The notes under the pieces are model-generated. The model ran no database searches. It saw only the letters and a list, made by a program, of their open reading frames with translations, and was not told the DNA's origin. A stretch of DNA of 64,000 nt from Octopus bimaculoides (lineage: Eukaryota), in the NCBI RefSeq assembly GCF_001194135.2, contig NC_068998.1:2507156-2571155 (forward strand), written 5' to 3'. Positions within the stretch are counted from its first letter, which is position 1, and each line of letters starts with the position of its first letter. Positions 63,956-64,000 of the stretch are shown piece after piece. The position numbers and the translations under genes are program-made.

Positions 63956-64000
<45 letters not shown>

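Larger units (their letters stand above)
15841..64000 (+). other. Integrin alpha gene, partial model join(15841..16040,58213..58319,60807..60895,63239..63421,>64000)
   Basis: All four exons join in one frame with consistent phases 2,1,0,0; introns are 42,172, 2,487 and 2,343 bp. Subfamily cannot be assigned from 193 aa, so no symbol is given. Confidence 0.9.

Overview
This is AT-rich, microsatellite- and retroposon-dense eukaryotic DNA with nine N-gaps. The SINE families look octopus/cephalopod-like; that assignment is my inference, not a database result. The only host gene I can support is the 5' part of an integrin alpha subunit on the + strand. Four exons splice in frame with canonical GT-AG: 15841-16040, 58213-58319, 60807-60895, 63239-63421. 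They encode a signal peptide, FNID mature N-terminus and the first FG-GAP beta-propeller blades; intron 1 is 42,172 bp. The rest is transposon debris: hAT, mariner/Tc1, piggyBac-type MITE, Helitron/Helentron-like, Ty3/Gypsy 3' end with PPT and LTR, RTE, CR1 and APE LINE remnants, and several SINE-like families. The most interesting object is at 40710-40936 (-): a short element joining a tRNA-like Pol III head to a complete minimal type-I hammerhead ribozyme of the Penelope/retrozyme kind, with an inverted second copy across the adjacent gap. Other notable signals: a TIR element inserted at a SINE B-box, a CpG-rich to CpG-depleted transition inside intron 1, a head-to-tail SINE array, and an unusual cysteine pattern in the integrin propeller. 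All alignments and counts were done by eye; TE boundaries are approximate unless a TSD is given.
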